Positions 36,072 through 45,653 of a stretch of 64,000 nt of DNA are shown piece by piece (position 1 is the first letter of the stretch; every line of letters starts with the position of its first letter). The notes under the pieces are model-generated. The model was not told where the DNA came from. It did no database searches and saw only the letters and a program-made list of their open reading frames with translations. The stretch spans positions 118,887-182,886 of the forward strand of contig CASEPN010000001.1 of assembly GCA_949289845.1 (NCBI GenBank). Direction: 5' to 3'. This DNA is from an uncultured Bacillota bacterium (GTDB lineage Bacteria > Bacillota_I > Bacilli_A > RFN20 > CAG-826). The translations under genes and the position numbers were made by a program.

Positions 36072-36147
36072 CGGGGCATTAGCTCAGCGGTAGAGCACCT
36101 GCTTTGCAAGCAGGGGGTCGGGGGTTCGAGACCCCTATGCTCCACCA
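36072..36147 (+). tRNA. tRNA-Ala (anticodon TGC)
   Basis: Cloverleaf with 7-bp acceptor stem including the G3:U70 Ala identity pair. Anticodon loop 'tttgcaa'. T-arm 'gggggttcgagacccc'. CCA encoded. Confidence 0.9.
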
Positions 36148-36164
36148 GGAAGATGCCCGCGGAT

Positions 36165-36241
36165 GGCTGAGTAGCCCAGCTGGTCAGAGCGATCGGTTCA
36201 TACCCGACAGGTCGGGGGTTCAAGTCCCTCCTCAGCCACCA
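36165..36241 (+). tRNA. tRNA-Met (anticodon CAT), elongator type (G1:C72)
   Basis: Acceptor 'ggctgag/ctcagcc'. D-arm 'tagcccagctggtcagagc' like E. coli tRNA-Met(m). Anticodon loop 'ttcatac'. CCA encoded. Confidence 0.8.
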
Positions 36242-36336
36242 TCGAGATAGGGAGCCCGGAAGGGCTCTTTTCCGTTCCAGGGAAAAGGAGGGAAAGGCTT
36301 GCAAGAAGCCTTCCCAAGCGCTTAACTTCCCCCGCC

Positions 36337-36412
36337 GGACCATTAGCGCAGCGGTTAGCGCGGGCCCCTTATAAGAGCTAGGTCGCAGGTTCAAATCCTG
36401 CATGGTCCACCA
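36337..36412 (+). tRNA. tRNA-Ile-like with anticodon TAT (UAU)
   Basis: Perfect acceptor 'ggaccat/atggtcc'. Anticodon loop 'cttataa' (34-36 = TAT). The body ('ttagcgcagcggttagcgc', 'aggtcgcaggttcaaatcctgc') closely resembles bacterial tRNA-Ile2, with CAT replaced by TAT. CCA encoded. Confidence 0.7.
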
Positions 36413-36419
36413 GGAGAGC

Positions 36420-36446
36420 GCGCCCGGCGTGAGCCGGGCTTTTCTT
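36420..36446 (+). terminator. rho-independent terminator after the tRNA cluster
   Basis: 'gcccggc-gtga-gccgggc' followed by 'ttttctt'. Nearly the same structure follows tRNA-fMet at 51884. Confidence 0.65.
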
Positions 36447-36490
36447 CTCGCTCCCATATGGATTCCACCCCCCCATGCTAGAATCAGGGC

Positions 36491-38026
36491 ATGAGAAAAG
36501 CATGGTCCCTCCTCCTTCCTCTTCTCGCCCTTTCCTCCTGCGTCCCCGAAGGGACGACGGGGGATTCTTCCTCGACGAAGGAGGAGCCTTCCTCTAGTTC
36601 CTCGGAAGAGATCGAGGGGGGTTTCTGGATCGAAGGCCCTTCCTTGCTCGACATCGGGGAACGGGGGCGCTACGAGCTCATGGGGGACGTCCCCGAGGGC
36701 GAGATCCATTGGGAAGTCGAGGGCGAGAGCCTCGTCGAGCCCTATGAGTACCCCAACCCCCTCTACTACGGCCTCACGGGGCTATATGAGGGAGAGGTCG
36801 TCCTCAAGGCGATGTTAGGGGACAAGGTCCTCTTCCCTTTCGAGATCGAGGTGAAGGACGTCGACTCGGGCTTCCTCGTGGACGCGGGGACCGGGAAGCT
36901 CGCGCTCGGAGGGAAGATGGAGCTTTCCTTCTCGCTTGATGGGGAGCCCCTTCCTGCGAAGGAACTCTCCTCCGTCTCGATCACGACGCTTTCCTCGCCT
37001 TCGGGGAAGGGGCTCGTCTCCTCCTATGAGGACGAAGGCCTCTTCCTACTCGGGGAGGAGCTCGGGAGCTTCCGCGCGGTCGCTTCCTACGAGGGCCTTC
37101 TCTCCAACCCCTTCGAGATCGAGGTGATTCCTTCCGTCGAGGGGAAGACGTACCTCCTGGAGGTGCTTCTTGAAGACGGGACGCCCGCGGAAGAGAACAC
37201 CATCCCGACCTCTTCCACGGTCACCTTCGTCCTCCGGGACGAGGAAGGGGAGGACTATCCCTTCCAGTGGGGCGTGGAGCTCCTCGAAGGGGACTCCTGG
37301 GTCCTCCAGGAGACAGAGGATCCCCATGTCTACGAGACCTACATCTGGTCCGAGGAGAGGCTCCTAATCGCTCCTGCCTTCCCCGGGGAAGCGCCCGCGC
37401 TCGCGGCGGAGGCCCTCGAACTATACGTGATGCACGAAGGGGACACCCCTCTTCTGGACTTCCATCTCGAGGATGAGGCTGGGAACGAGGTCGAGACGCT
37501 CTTCGTCAGCCCTGACGGGAGCACGAGGCTCCATATCGTCCCGGAGCGAGAGACGGACTACCTCGGCACCGCGAACGTCCACTGCGAGGACGAGAGGCTC
37601 AACCCCGGCCAGGAATGGGGCGAGGAGGGAGGGCGCTACCTCATCTTCGCCCCCGAGGAGGGAGGGAGCTACTCCCTTCTCGTCAGGTTCACGTTCGTGA
37701 AGAAGGAGTTCCCGGTCCACGTTATGCCGGAGGAGGCCGCCCTCGAGCTTGAGATCATGGGGACGGGCACGATGGACGGGGAGAAGTACTACGTCGGACA
37801 TACGGGCTCGATCACGGGAGGGTTCCCTTGGGAGGGGCCCATCTACTGCGACCTCGTCGACTACGACGTCGAGTACGTCTTCCTTGAGGGCGAGGACCTC
37901 GTCCGCATCGGGGAGGGACGGGACATTCATTTCCTTTCCCCTGGCACGGTGAGCCTATATGCGCAGATCAGGAACACCGAGGTCAAGAGCAACACCTTCG
38001 CCTTCGAGATCGAGCCCGAGGAATAG
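36491..38026 (+). CDS. acidic secreted lipoprotein, hypothetical (Ig-like repeats likely)
   Basis: 'LLLPLLALSSCVPEG' lipobox. Glu-rich, beta-rich repeats. Confidence 0.5.
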   Translation: MRKAWSLLLPLLALSSCVPEGTTGDSSSTKEEPSSSSSEEIEGGFWIEGPSLLDIGERGRYELMGDVPEGEIHWEVEGESLVEPYEYPNPLYYGLTGLYEGEVVLKAMLGDKVLFPFEIEVKDVDSGFLVDAGTGKLALGGKMELSFSLDGEPLPAKELSSVSITTLSSPSGKGLVSSYEDEGLFLLGEELGSFRAVASYEGLLSNPFEIEVIPSVEGKTYLLEVLLEDGTPAEENTIPTSSTVTFVLRDEEGEDYPFQWGVELLEGDSWVLQETEDPHVYETYIWSEERLLIAPAFPGEAPALAAEALELYVMHEGDTPLLDFHLEDEAGNEVETLFVSPDGSTRLHIVPERETDYLGTANVHCEDERLNPGQEWGEEGGRYLIFAPEEGGSYSLLVRFTFVKKEFPVHVMPEEAALELEIMGTGTMDGEKYYVGHTGSITGGFPWEGPIYCDLVDYDVEYVFLEGEDLVRIGEGRDIHFLSPGTVSLYAQIRNTEVKSNTFAFEIEPEE

Positions 38027-38070
38027 CGTTCCTGGAAACGATGAAGGGAACATCCGCGTAATACCAACAT

Positions 38071-40326
38071 ATGAGAAGACCGTTCCTTGCCCTTTTCCTA
38101 TCTCTCTTCCTTCTTGCCTCCTGCGAGGAGCAGGGGGATCCCCTCGTGCCCCCCGAGCCCGCGGACGAGTTCTCCTTCGTCACCGAGGGCGGCGTCCTCG
38201 ACATCGGGGAGACAAGGGAGATCTTCTTTTTTCCCCGGAACGGGGCGAAGCCTACCTTCGAGATCGAGGGAAAGGGGGCGAGGATCCTCGACGTCGGGGA
38301 GGACTCCCTCCTCGTCCAGGGGATTGCGGAAGGGGGCTTCCTCCTGGAGGAGGCGAATAGCGGCGTCTCCCTTTCCCTATCGGTCGAGGACTTGTGGAGC
38401 GGATACTACCTCGAGGCGGACGCCATCTCCCTCATGGAAGGGGAGCGGGCCTCCCTCGCCCTCCATGGCCCCGGGGACGAGCTCCTTCCCTTGGAAGAGG
38501 GCATGCTCCGCCTTCTCCCCGGGAGCGCAGAGGCCTCCTTCCCCCTGGACGAGTTCGGGACCCCATCCCTCCAGGCGGACGGGACCGGGGAGATCCTCCT
38601 TTTCGCCGAGATGGAGGACGGGTCCGTCACGGACGTCCTTTCGATAAAAAGCACCATGTTCCTTGAGCCTCTCTATCTTTCCCTTGAAGGAGGGAACGGC
38701 GACTTCCGCCCCGGGGAGAAAAGGGAGCTCTCCCTCATGGACCGCTGGGGCGATCCTTATGAAGGGGACTGGGAGCCGACCATCAGGAACCTCGACATGT
38801 TTTCCACGCCTTTCGCCTTGGAAGGAAAGGAAATATCCGCGCTTTCCTCTGGGGAATGCGAGGTTTCCGCGAAAGTTGAGGAGGATGGATACGAAGTCCA
38901 GCCCCTCCGTCTCCTCTCCGCGGAGGAAGGGGAGAAGCGCCCCTACGAGCTCCGCCTCGTGAACGCCTATAACGAAAGCGACTGGGACGAGGACGGGCTC
39001 TGGATGAACCTCCAGGACGGGTATGGCTACGGCTTCTCTCTCTGGACGGACGTGGACGGCCCCAAGGGCTCGATCCAGGTCGAGTGTCTCGCCGGGGATC
39101 CCGAGGCCGTCCTTTTCGAAGTGGAAGAGGACTTCGGCTCCGGGCATATGGCCGATTGCTCCGTCCGTCCCATCAAGGAAGGCTCGGCGACCTACCGCGT
39201 GCGGATCGGGAGCCTATATAGCGAGGAGTACACCTTCCATGCGCTTCCTGGATGGAACTCCCGTCCTTCCCTTTCCCTGGAGGACGATGAGATCCCGGTG
39301 GGAGGGAAGACGAGGCTCCTCCCTTCCGTGGAAGGATCGGAAGGCGAGTACCTCTTCGACTATGTGGTCGTGGACGGGGAAGGGACCGCGAAGCTTCTCG
39401 AGGGCGGGGTCCTCGCCGGGGAGCGGGTCGGCTCGATGACCATCCAGGTGCGCCTCAGGGGAGAGCGCGGGCTTTGGGGCGAGTCGGTCGTCCTCGACGT
39501 AACGGAGGAAGGGAGCGGCGACCCCTACGTCGGGATGAGCCCGGAGGAGTTCTACCGGGACTACGAGCAGGCGGAGACGCTCCTGGACAGCTACTACCGC
39601 ACGAGGCACGGCTTCCTCTCGGGCTCGCTCGAGGTCCCGGGCCAGTACGCGGAGCTTTCCGAGGACCGCCCCATGGAGGACGGGCTATACGTCAAGAACA
39701 CATCCCTTTCCTTCTCCGAGGGCGGGTCCGCCTATACGGTGAGGGATAGCCAGGGGAACGAGTCGTTCACCATCTTCGAGGGCGGGGGCTACATCACCCT
39801 CGAGGAGGTCGCCGCCTATCTCTTCGCCTTCGGGGACGTCCCTGCCAACTATTGGGAGGACCGCTACGACTACCCTTCCCCTTCCTCAAGCGAGTGGGGC
39901 GAGTACCTCAGGCTCAACAACTCCTACTTCTCCGGGGACCAGGAGAGCTACCCTTACGAGCCCGCCCTTCCGGATATCTCCGGGATCGAAGGCGGGAGGA
40001 GCGACTACTATGAGGTCGACGTCGGGACGACGGGGACCTATACGGGTCCCTCCTTTCCCGTGAGGCCCTATAACGACGGCTACTCGATCACCCGCGGAGG
40101 GGCGAGGCTCGTCTACATGCGCTATACGGACGGGGAGGAAAGCCAGGCTCCCGCCCGGAAGGTGTTCTACACCTGGAACCACTACAACGACTTCCGCGAG
40201 TACCTGAACTACGAAGGGGGCTGGGGCGAGGCCTTCGGGAACGTGACCGCGGGGGGCGAGGTCGACGTCGTCGCCCCGGGAGGGCCGTCCCCTTACGTTC
40301 CAGTGGCGGAGAAGGGTCTTTTCTAA
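38071..40326 (+). CDS. secreted lipoprotein with C-terminal barnase/RNase-Sa-family ribonuclease domain
   Basis: Lipobox 'LLASCEEQ'. The C-terminal segment 'YYEVDVG..RGGARLVYMRYTDG..VFYTWNHYNDF' aligns to barnase 'TWREADINY..GFRNSDRILYSSD..IYKTTDHYQTF' with catalytic Glu, Arg, Arg and His conserved. The preceding 'ITLEEVAAYLFAFGDVPANYWEDR' matches barnase 'VADYLQTYHKLPDNYITKSE'. Confidence 0.6.
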   Translation: MRRPFLALFLSLFLLASCEEQGDPLVPPEPADEFSFVTEGGVLDIGETREIFFFPRNGAKPTFEIEGKGARILDVGEDSLLVQGIAEGGFLLEEANSGVSLSLSVEDLWSGYYLEADAISLMEGERASLALHGPGDELLPLEEGMLRLLPGSAEASFPLDEFGTPSLQADGTGEILLFAEMEDGSVTDVLSIKSTMFLEPLYLSLEGGNGDFRPGEKRELSLMDRWGDPYEGDWEPTIRNLDMFSTPFALEGKEISALSSGECEVSAKVEEDGYEVQPLRLLSAEEGEKRPYELRLVNAYNESDWDEDGLWMNLQDGYGYGFSLWTDVDGPKGSIQVECLAGDPEAVLFEVEEDFGSGHMADCSVRPIKEGSATYRVRIGSLYSEEYTFHALPGWNSRPSLSLEDDEIPVGGKTRLLPSVEGSEGEYLFDYVVVDGEGTAKLLEGGVLAGERVGSMTIQVRLRGERGLWGESVVLDVTEEGSGDPYVGMSPEEFYRDYEQAETLLDSYYRTRHGFLSGSLEVPGQYAELSEDRPMEDGLYVKNTSLSFSEGGSAYTVRDSQGNESFTIFEGGGYITLEEVAAYLFAFGDVPANYWEDRYDYPSPSSSEWGEYLRLNNSYFSGDQESYPYEPALPDISGIEGGRSDYYEVDVGTTGTYTGPSFPVRPYNDGYSITRGGARLVYMRYTDGEESQAPARKVFYTWNHYNDFREYLNYEGGWGEAFGNVTAGGEVDVVAPGGPSPYVPVAEKGLF

Positions 40327-40384
40327 ACAAGATTAATCCTCGATTTCTTGGCCCGTTCCAGCGGAATAGCCTTATCATTCGCCT

Positions 40385-43120
40385 ATGGAGATGGACATTT
40401 CGGAACGCGAAGGGCTGAGGGCCGACGGCCTTTCCCTTCGCTACAAGGACACCGGCAGGGTTGGTGTCGACTCTCTTTCCCTGGAACTTCCGGAGAACGG
40501 GCTCGTCCTGCTGACAGGCCCGTCCGGATGCGGGAAGTCCACCTTTCTATCCTTGGTCGGTTCCTTCGACAGCCCTGATAGGGGGTCCGTTTCCTTCAAG
40601 GGCTGGGAGATCACCTCTCTTAAAGGGAAGGGGCTCAGGGAGTTTCGGCGAGAGGTTCTCGGTGTCTGCTTCCAGGAGGCGAATCTTCTTCCAGGATTGA
40701 CGGTCAGGGAGAACCTTGCGCCCTACTGGAGGAGAAAGGACTCCGAGCGCATCATCCAGGAGCTCGGGCTCGCCAACCTTCTCGATACCCCCGCGCGATC
40801 CCTCTCCGGGGGAGAGGCGGAGCGCGTCGCGGTAGCAAGGGCGATCCTCAAAGGATCGTCACTTATCCTCGTGGATGAGCCGACGGCATCGCTCGACGGG
40901 GAGAACGGAGCCCAGGTAGCCAAGGTCTTGAAGGAGGCTTCCCGGAGCGCCCTTGTGATCGTGGCCTCCCATGACATAAGCCTTTTCGAGCCTTTCGCCG
41001 ATGTCCTCGTTCGCCTCAGGGACGGGAAACTCGTTTCCGCGGAAAGGCTGCAGGAACCGTTGCCTTATGAGGACGCGGAGTCGGCGGAACCCCCTTTTGA
41101 TCTCCGGAGGGAAGCCCGGACATTGCTCAAGGACCTTAAGAGGAGCCTCCCCTCCCACCCGGCGCGCCTTGTGTCGGGACTTCTTCTTTCGTTCCTCTCC
41201 CTCGCCGCCTGCTTCTCTTCCTTCTCTCTCCTCATGAGGGACGACGGATCGATCTCAAAGGATCTCGCGGTCTCCGGAAGTGAAACTTCTGTCCTAGGGA
41301 TGTCAAACCCTAATGCTCGTCTTTATCGGTCTGACCTTCCGGAAAGTTCTGTCCCTTTTTGCTCGGTTCCATCTAGTCCTCCTTGCATTCTCACTTCGTA
41401 TTTCATCGAGACATCAAGTTCCAGTTATAGCTTTGAGAGCTTGTTAGGTCCCTTTTTGACTGAATCAGTCGCCCCATACTCGCGTTCGGCTGAAGACGCC
41501 TTCCCCCTCCTTGCGGGAACATCCCCTTCCTCCGCATCAGAAGCGCTTATCTCCGACACGATGTTCCGTCAATACCAGGCATTTGGATTCGAAAATGATG
41601 GAATACGTCTTCCAGCCGGGTCATTCGATATCGATGGTTTCCTTGCCGCGGGACCCGAACTGATGCTCAGCTATCCGGTGAGGACGAGCGTCCGGGTCGT
41701 CGGCGTGTTCAAAGATGGATATGGTGATTTCTTCGACGCCTTCCGCGAGCAATGCGGGGATAGTCCGGTTGAGGTGAATTCCTCGCAGTACTGGCTTATG
41801 GAAGCGGCTGGTCGCGGAGCGCCTGGAGCCATTTTTCTTTCCGAGGACGCGTTCGGCCAGACAGTCGATATGCCGGACTCCTTCTGGGTCGGCAATAAGG
41901 AAAGGACAATGCTTTCGCTCTGGCGCGAAGAAACAGAGTTTCAATTCACCTATGTTGAAACACAACTTCCCCTTAACGTCGTCTATCCTTTCCAAAAGGA
42001 TGGGGGAGCCATTTTGCCCTACCCCTTGTTCCTGGAAATCTATTCGGAAACCCCTATCGGACACAAAGGGATCAAAGACTTCCGGTCGTTTGAAATTGGA
42101 GATTCCTGCAAGGACTATTCTTTATATTTTCCTGGAAATGCCTCTATCGGCGATTTGCTGAATGCAGATGTCCTTAAGTTTGCCGCTCTTTATTACCTTG
42201 ATAAGCATGGAGTGCCGGAAGGCGTGGATGTATCTGAGTATCTGGAGAAAGCGGAAAGAGATTTTCCGGATGTTGATTTTCATAAGGAGGGAGCCTTGGA
42301 AGCCTACTGGGCTCTATTAGTGTCCTCCTATAGCAGTTCCAATTATAAATGGGCTTTTTTGGAAGCGTTGATTTCGGATTTGTTCGAGGGCGAAGAACCA
42401 CTTGTTGCCAAGATTGCATCGGCTTCACGGAGTGTTGCTGCGTCAAGATTCGAGCCAATCGAGGTAACAATCTGCGGATATTCCCCTTTACTCGGGTATT
42501 CGCCCGCCGGCATATTCGTTTATCCCGGGGAGCAGGCATCCGAGACCATATGGGACAGCCTCTCGCAGGAAGATGTCGCCTACTTCCTTCCTCCTGAGGG
42601 GGAGAAGGACCGTCTGATGGACGAAGGGCTCAATGAGCGCTCTCTCATGGCGTTCAGCCCTTCCCTCGCCTCTTGGCAGGCGTTCACCATCTCCTCGTAC
42701 GGAACGCCCGGCCTAGGCATTTTAATAGGCATCATCGCCGTCTTCGCCGCTTTCGTTATGTTCCTATCGCTCGTTAGCGTCCTCTCCGGGTCGAATGCTC
42801 TTCTTGCGGGCGAGGACGCCCTCAGGAAGTCCCTAGGGGAGGGTATCGGAAGGGCTTACCTCCGCGGCTTCCTGGAAGCCTCGTTGGTCACGCTGATCGG
42901 CGGGATTCCGGCGCTCGTCGCGGCCGCCATCGTCTTCGCCGGGATGAACGGAGTTGCCGCTTCCGTCTTCCTGAATTCACTTTCCTACTATTCGCTGGAC
43001 GCGCTTGCTGTCATTGGCGCATTCGCCCTCTTCCTTCTCCTGAGCGCGCTCCTCGCGCTCCTCCTCCTTCCCTCCGGGGAGAAGAAGAGAATAGCCGCTC
43101 TTAAAAACAGATTTCGTTGA
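40385..43120 (+). CDS. ABC transporter, fused ATPase + FtsX/MacB-type permease with large extracytoplasmic domain
   Basis: Walker A 'GPSGCGKST', signature 'LSGGEAERVAVARAI', Walker B 'LILVDEPTASLD'. The C-terminal permease has FtsX-like TM helices. The internal region 41230-42560 has markedly lower GC. Confidence 0.8.
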   Translation: MEMDISEREGLRADGLSLRYKDTGRVGVDSLSLELPENGLVLLTGPSGCGKSTFLSLVGSFDSPDRGSVSFKGWEITSLKGKGLREFRREVLGVCFQEANLLPGLTVRENLAPYWRRKDSERIIQELGLANLLDTPARSLSGGEAERVAVARAILKGSSLILVDEPTASLDGENGAQVAKVLKEASRSALVIVASHDISLFEPFADVLVRLRDGKLVSAERLQEPLPYEDAESAEPPFDLRREARTLLKDLKRSLPSHPARLVSGLLLSFLSLAACFSSFSLLMRDDGSISKDLAVSGSETSVLGMSNPNARLYRSDLPESSVPFCSVPSSPPCILTSYFIETSSSSYSFESLLGPFLTESVAPYSRSAEDAFPLLAGTSPSSASEALISDTMFRQYQAFGFENDGIRLPAGSFDIDGFLAAGPELMLSYPVRTSVRVVGVFKDGYGDFFDAFREQCGDSPVEVNSSQYWLMEAAGRGAPGAIFLSEDAFGQTVDMPDSFWVGNKERTMLSLWREETEFQFTYVETQLPLNVVYPFQKDGGAILPYPLFLEIYSETPIGHKGIKDFRSFEIGDSCKDYSLYFPGNASIGDLLNADVLKFAALYYLDKHGVPEGVDVSEYLEKAERDFPDVDFHKEGALEAYWALLVSSYSSSNYKWAFLEALISDLFEGEEPLVAKIASASRSVAASRFEPIEVTICGYSPLLGYSPAGIFVYPGEQASETIWDSLSQEDVAYFLPPEGEKDRLMDEGLNERSLMAFSPSLASWQAFTISSYGTPGLGILIGIIAVFAAFVMFLSLVSVLSGSNALLAGEDALRKSLGEGIGRAYLRGFLEASLVTLIGGIPALVAAAIVFAGMNGVAASVFLNSLSYYSLDALAVIGAFALFLLLSALLALLLLPSGEKKRIAALKNRFR

Positions 43121-43309
43121 ATTTGCTGTCGTTCTGCATAGTTATCGCAGGCTGATTTACCATTCTCTCCATAGTTTCCGGCATAGGAGTGATCTTCCTG
43201 TCTCATTGAGGGAGGCACGAAACGGACGGGGTTTGTTGGCTTTTCGCCCAATATCCTGAATTTCCTGCATTTTCCCGGGAAATAACCTTTCCCATCGACT
43301 ACAATTCCC

Positions 43310-45034
43310 TTGATGACCGCGTGGGTGTTCGTCCTCCTTGTCTTCGGGCTCGTGATCGCGCTCTCGGTCTTTGCCTCGCGCTTCCTGACGAAACTCCGTC
43401 TTCCTTCCATCGTCCTCTTCATCGCCCTCGGCCTTCTCTTCGGGCTTCTGTTCAGGGCGACGCCCATAGGGAACTTCACCGACTATGGCTTCGGGAACGT
43501 CGTCTCTTCGATCGCCCTCCTCTTCATCATCTTCTACGGGGGGTACGGCACCCGCTTCAAGGAGGCGAGGCCCGTCCTTGGGAAGGCGATCGTCCTTTCT
43601 TCCGCGGGAACGCTTCTCACCGCCCTCATCCTCGGAAGCCTCGTCTACGTCGCCTACCTCGTCCTGCCCTTCGGGGAGGTGGCCTTCGCCCCATGCCTCC
43701 TATTGGCCGCGGTGATGGCGTCCACGGACGCCGCCTCGGTGTTCGACATCCTCCGCACCAGGAAGCTCGGCCTTCGGGAGAACACGGCCTCCCTCCTTGA
43801 GATGGAATCCGGCTCGAACGATCCTTTCGCGTATGTGCTGACGACGCTTCTCGTCGCGATCGTCGCCGGCGCGGGCGGGAATCCCTGGTCCTTGACCGCG
43901 GAGGTCGCCATTTCCTTCTTCTGCCAGATCGGCATCGGCGTCGCGGGGGGCGCCCTCTTCGGGCTCCTTGGCATCTTCCTCCTCCGGAAGTTCGGCTTCC
44001 GCCTGGGGCAAGGGGCGCCGATCCTCGTCCTTGCCCTCGCGATCCTTTCCTATGTCATCCCTTCCCTTCCTCCCGCCCCCTACACGGGGAACGGGTATCT
44101 TTCCGCCTATATCGCCGGGATCCTCATCGGGAACGCGAAGCTTCCGGAGAAGAAGTCCTCGGTCCTCTTCATGGGGTCGATCTCCGACATCTGCCAGATG
44201 GTCGTGTTCTTCCTCATGGGCCTTTTGGCCACGCCGGAGCATCTCTTCCTCCCGGAGACGATCGTCGTCGCCCTCATCGTCTTCCTTCTCATCACCTTCG
44301 TCGCGAGGCCCCTCGCGGTCACCTTGCTCCTCCTCCCTTTCAAGGCGAGCAAGGGGCAGATCCTCCTGACCTCCGCGGCGGGGCTACGGGGCGTCGCCTC
44401 GATGGTCTTCGCCATCTTCGCCCTCACCTCCGTCGGGGAAGGCGCCCTGCCCTTCGACATCTTCTCCATCGTCTTCCTCGTCATGGTGTTCTCTCTTGTC
44501 CTGGAAGGGTCCGCCCTTCCTGCCCTGGCGAAGTGGTTCGGGATGGTCGACCTGACGAGCGACGTCATGCGCACCTTCAACGACTACCTCGAGGAAGAGG
44601 AGGTGAGCTTCCTCCGCCTCTCGATCGGGGAGAGGCACCCCTGGAACGGGAAGCCCCTCCGGGAGTGCGAGACGCCCGACGGCTTCCTCTTCCTTCTTGT
44701 CACGAGGGACGGCAAAAGCTTCGTCCCGGACGGCTCCACGGTGTTCCAGGGAGGGGACGTCCTCATCGCCTCAGGTCCTTCCTTCGAGGGAAGCGAGGCC
44801 GCGGACGTCGACGAGGAGTCGATCGGCCTCGGGTCCACCCTCGCGGGGAAGAAGGTCCGGGAGCTCGGCTATCCCAAGGGCACGATCCTCGCCCTCATCA
44901 AAAGGGGTGGGGGCGTCATCGTCCCAAACGGCCATACGGTCCTCCAGCAGGGGGACGTCCTCGTGAAGATGAGGGTGAAGGAAGGGGAGGCCGTTCCCGA
45001 GGAAGAAGCCCAAAAAGAGGAAGGCGGGGAATAG
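43310..45034 (+). CDS. CPA1-family cation/H+ antiporter (NhaP2/CvrA-like) with two C-terminal RCK_C (TrkA-C) domains
   Basis: About 12 TM helices, then 'GKPLRECETPDGFLFLLVTRDGKSFVPDGSTVFQGGDVLIASG' and 'GKKVRELGYPKGTILALIKRGGGVIVPNGHTVLQQGDVLVKM'. Confidence 0.7.
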   Translation: MMTAWVFVLLVFGLVIALSVFASRFLTKLRLPSIVLFIALGLLFGLLFRATPIGNFTDYGFGNVVSSIALLFIIFYGGYGTRFKEARPVLGKAIVLSSAGTLLTALILGSLVYVAYLVLPFGEVAFAPCLLLAAVMASTDAASVFDILRTRKLGLRENTASLLEMESGSNDPFAYVLTTLLVAIVAGAGGNPWSLTAEVAISFFCQIGIGVAGGALFGLLGIFLLRKFGFRLGQGAPILVLALAILSYVIPSLPPAPYTGNGYLSAYIAGILIGNAKLPEKKSSVLFMGSISDICQMVVFFLMGLLATPEHLFLPETIVVALIVFLLITFVARPLAVTLLLLPFKASKGQILLTSAAGLRGVASMVFAIFALTSVGEGALPFDIFSIVFLVMVFSLVLEGSALPALAKWFGMVDLTSDVMRTFNDYLEEEEVSFLRLSIGERHPWNGKPLRECETPDGFLFLLVTRDGKSFVPDGSTVFQGGDVLIASGPSFEGSEAADVDEESIGLGSTLAGKKVRELGYPKGTILALIKRGGGVIVPNGHTVLQQGDVLVKMRVKEGEAVPEEEAQKEEGGE

Positions 45035-45044
45035 CCTTCCTTCC

Positions 45045-45653
45045 CTAGAACGGGAGGACGCCCAGGTGGTCGAGGAGGATCTTGAGCCCGACCAGCATCA
45101 GGACGATTCCTCCCAGAATCTCGGCGATCTCGACGTGCCCCTTCAGGAAGCGCGAGATCCCTTTCCCGAGGAACACCCCGAGGAGGCATAGGAGGAAGGT
45201 CACGAGGGCGATCAAGAGGAGCCCGAGCCAGACGTTGAAGGGGGCGATGGAACTTTCCAGGGTGATCCCCACGGCGAAGGCGTCGATCGCCGTCGCGAGC
45301 GCCTGGAGGAGGACGAGGCGGAAGGTGAAGGGACGTTCCTCCTCTTCCTCCTTCCCCTTCCTCTTCTCCCAGGCTTCCTTCCCCCCGTCGAAGATCATCT
45401 TCCCCCCGATGAGGAGAAGAAGCGCGAAGGCGATCCAGTGGTCGAACTCCTCGATGTAGGACATGAAGGTCGTCCCGAGAAGATGGCCAAGAAGCGGCAG
45501 GAGTCCCTGGAAGAGACCGAAGGCGAGGGCGATGAAGGCCGCCTTAGGCTTCGTGAGCCCCTTCAGGGAAAGGCCGTCCACGATGGAGACCGCGAAGGCG
45601 TCCATCGCGAGGCTGAGGGCGATGACGAACGTCGTGACGATAGCAGAGCCCAT
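45045..45653 (-). CDS. mntP: manganese efflux pump MntP (DUF204)
   Basis: 'IALSLAMDAFAVS' and the repeated half 'ATAIDAFAVGITL' are the MntP signature. 202 aa. Confidence 0.75.
   Translation of the reverse strand: MGSAIVTTFVIALSLAMDAFAVSIVDGLSLKGLTKPKAAFIALAFGLFQGLLPLLGHLLGTTFMSYIEEFDHWIAFALLLLIGGKMIFDGGKEAWEKRKGKEEEEERPFTFRLVLLQALATAIDAFAVGITLESSIAPFNVWLGLLLIALVTFLLCLLGVFLGKGISRFLKGHVEIAEILGGIVLMLVGLKILLDHLGVLPF

Noticed and set aside
36044-36709. 221-aa minus-strand ORF overlapping the tRNA-Ala/Met/Ile cluster
   Set aside because: It is the reverse complement of three well-formed tRNAs with terminators. It is not coding.
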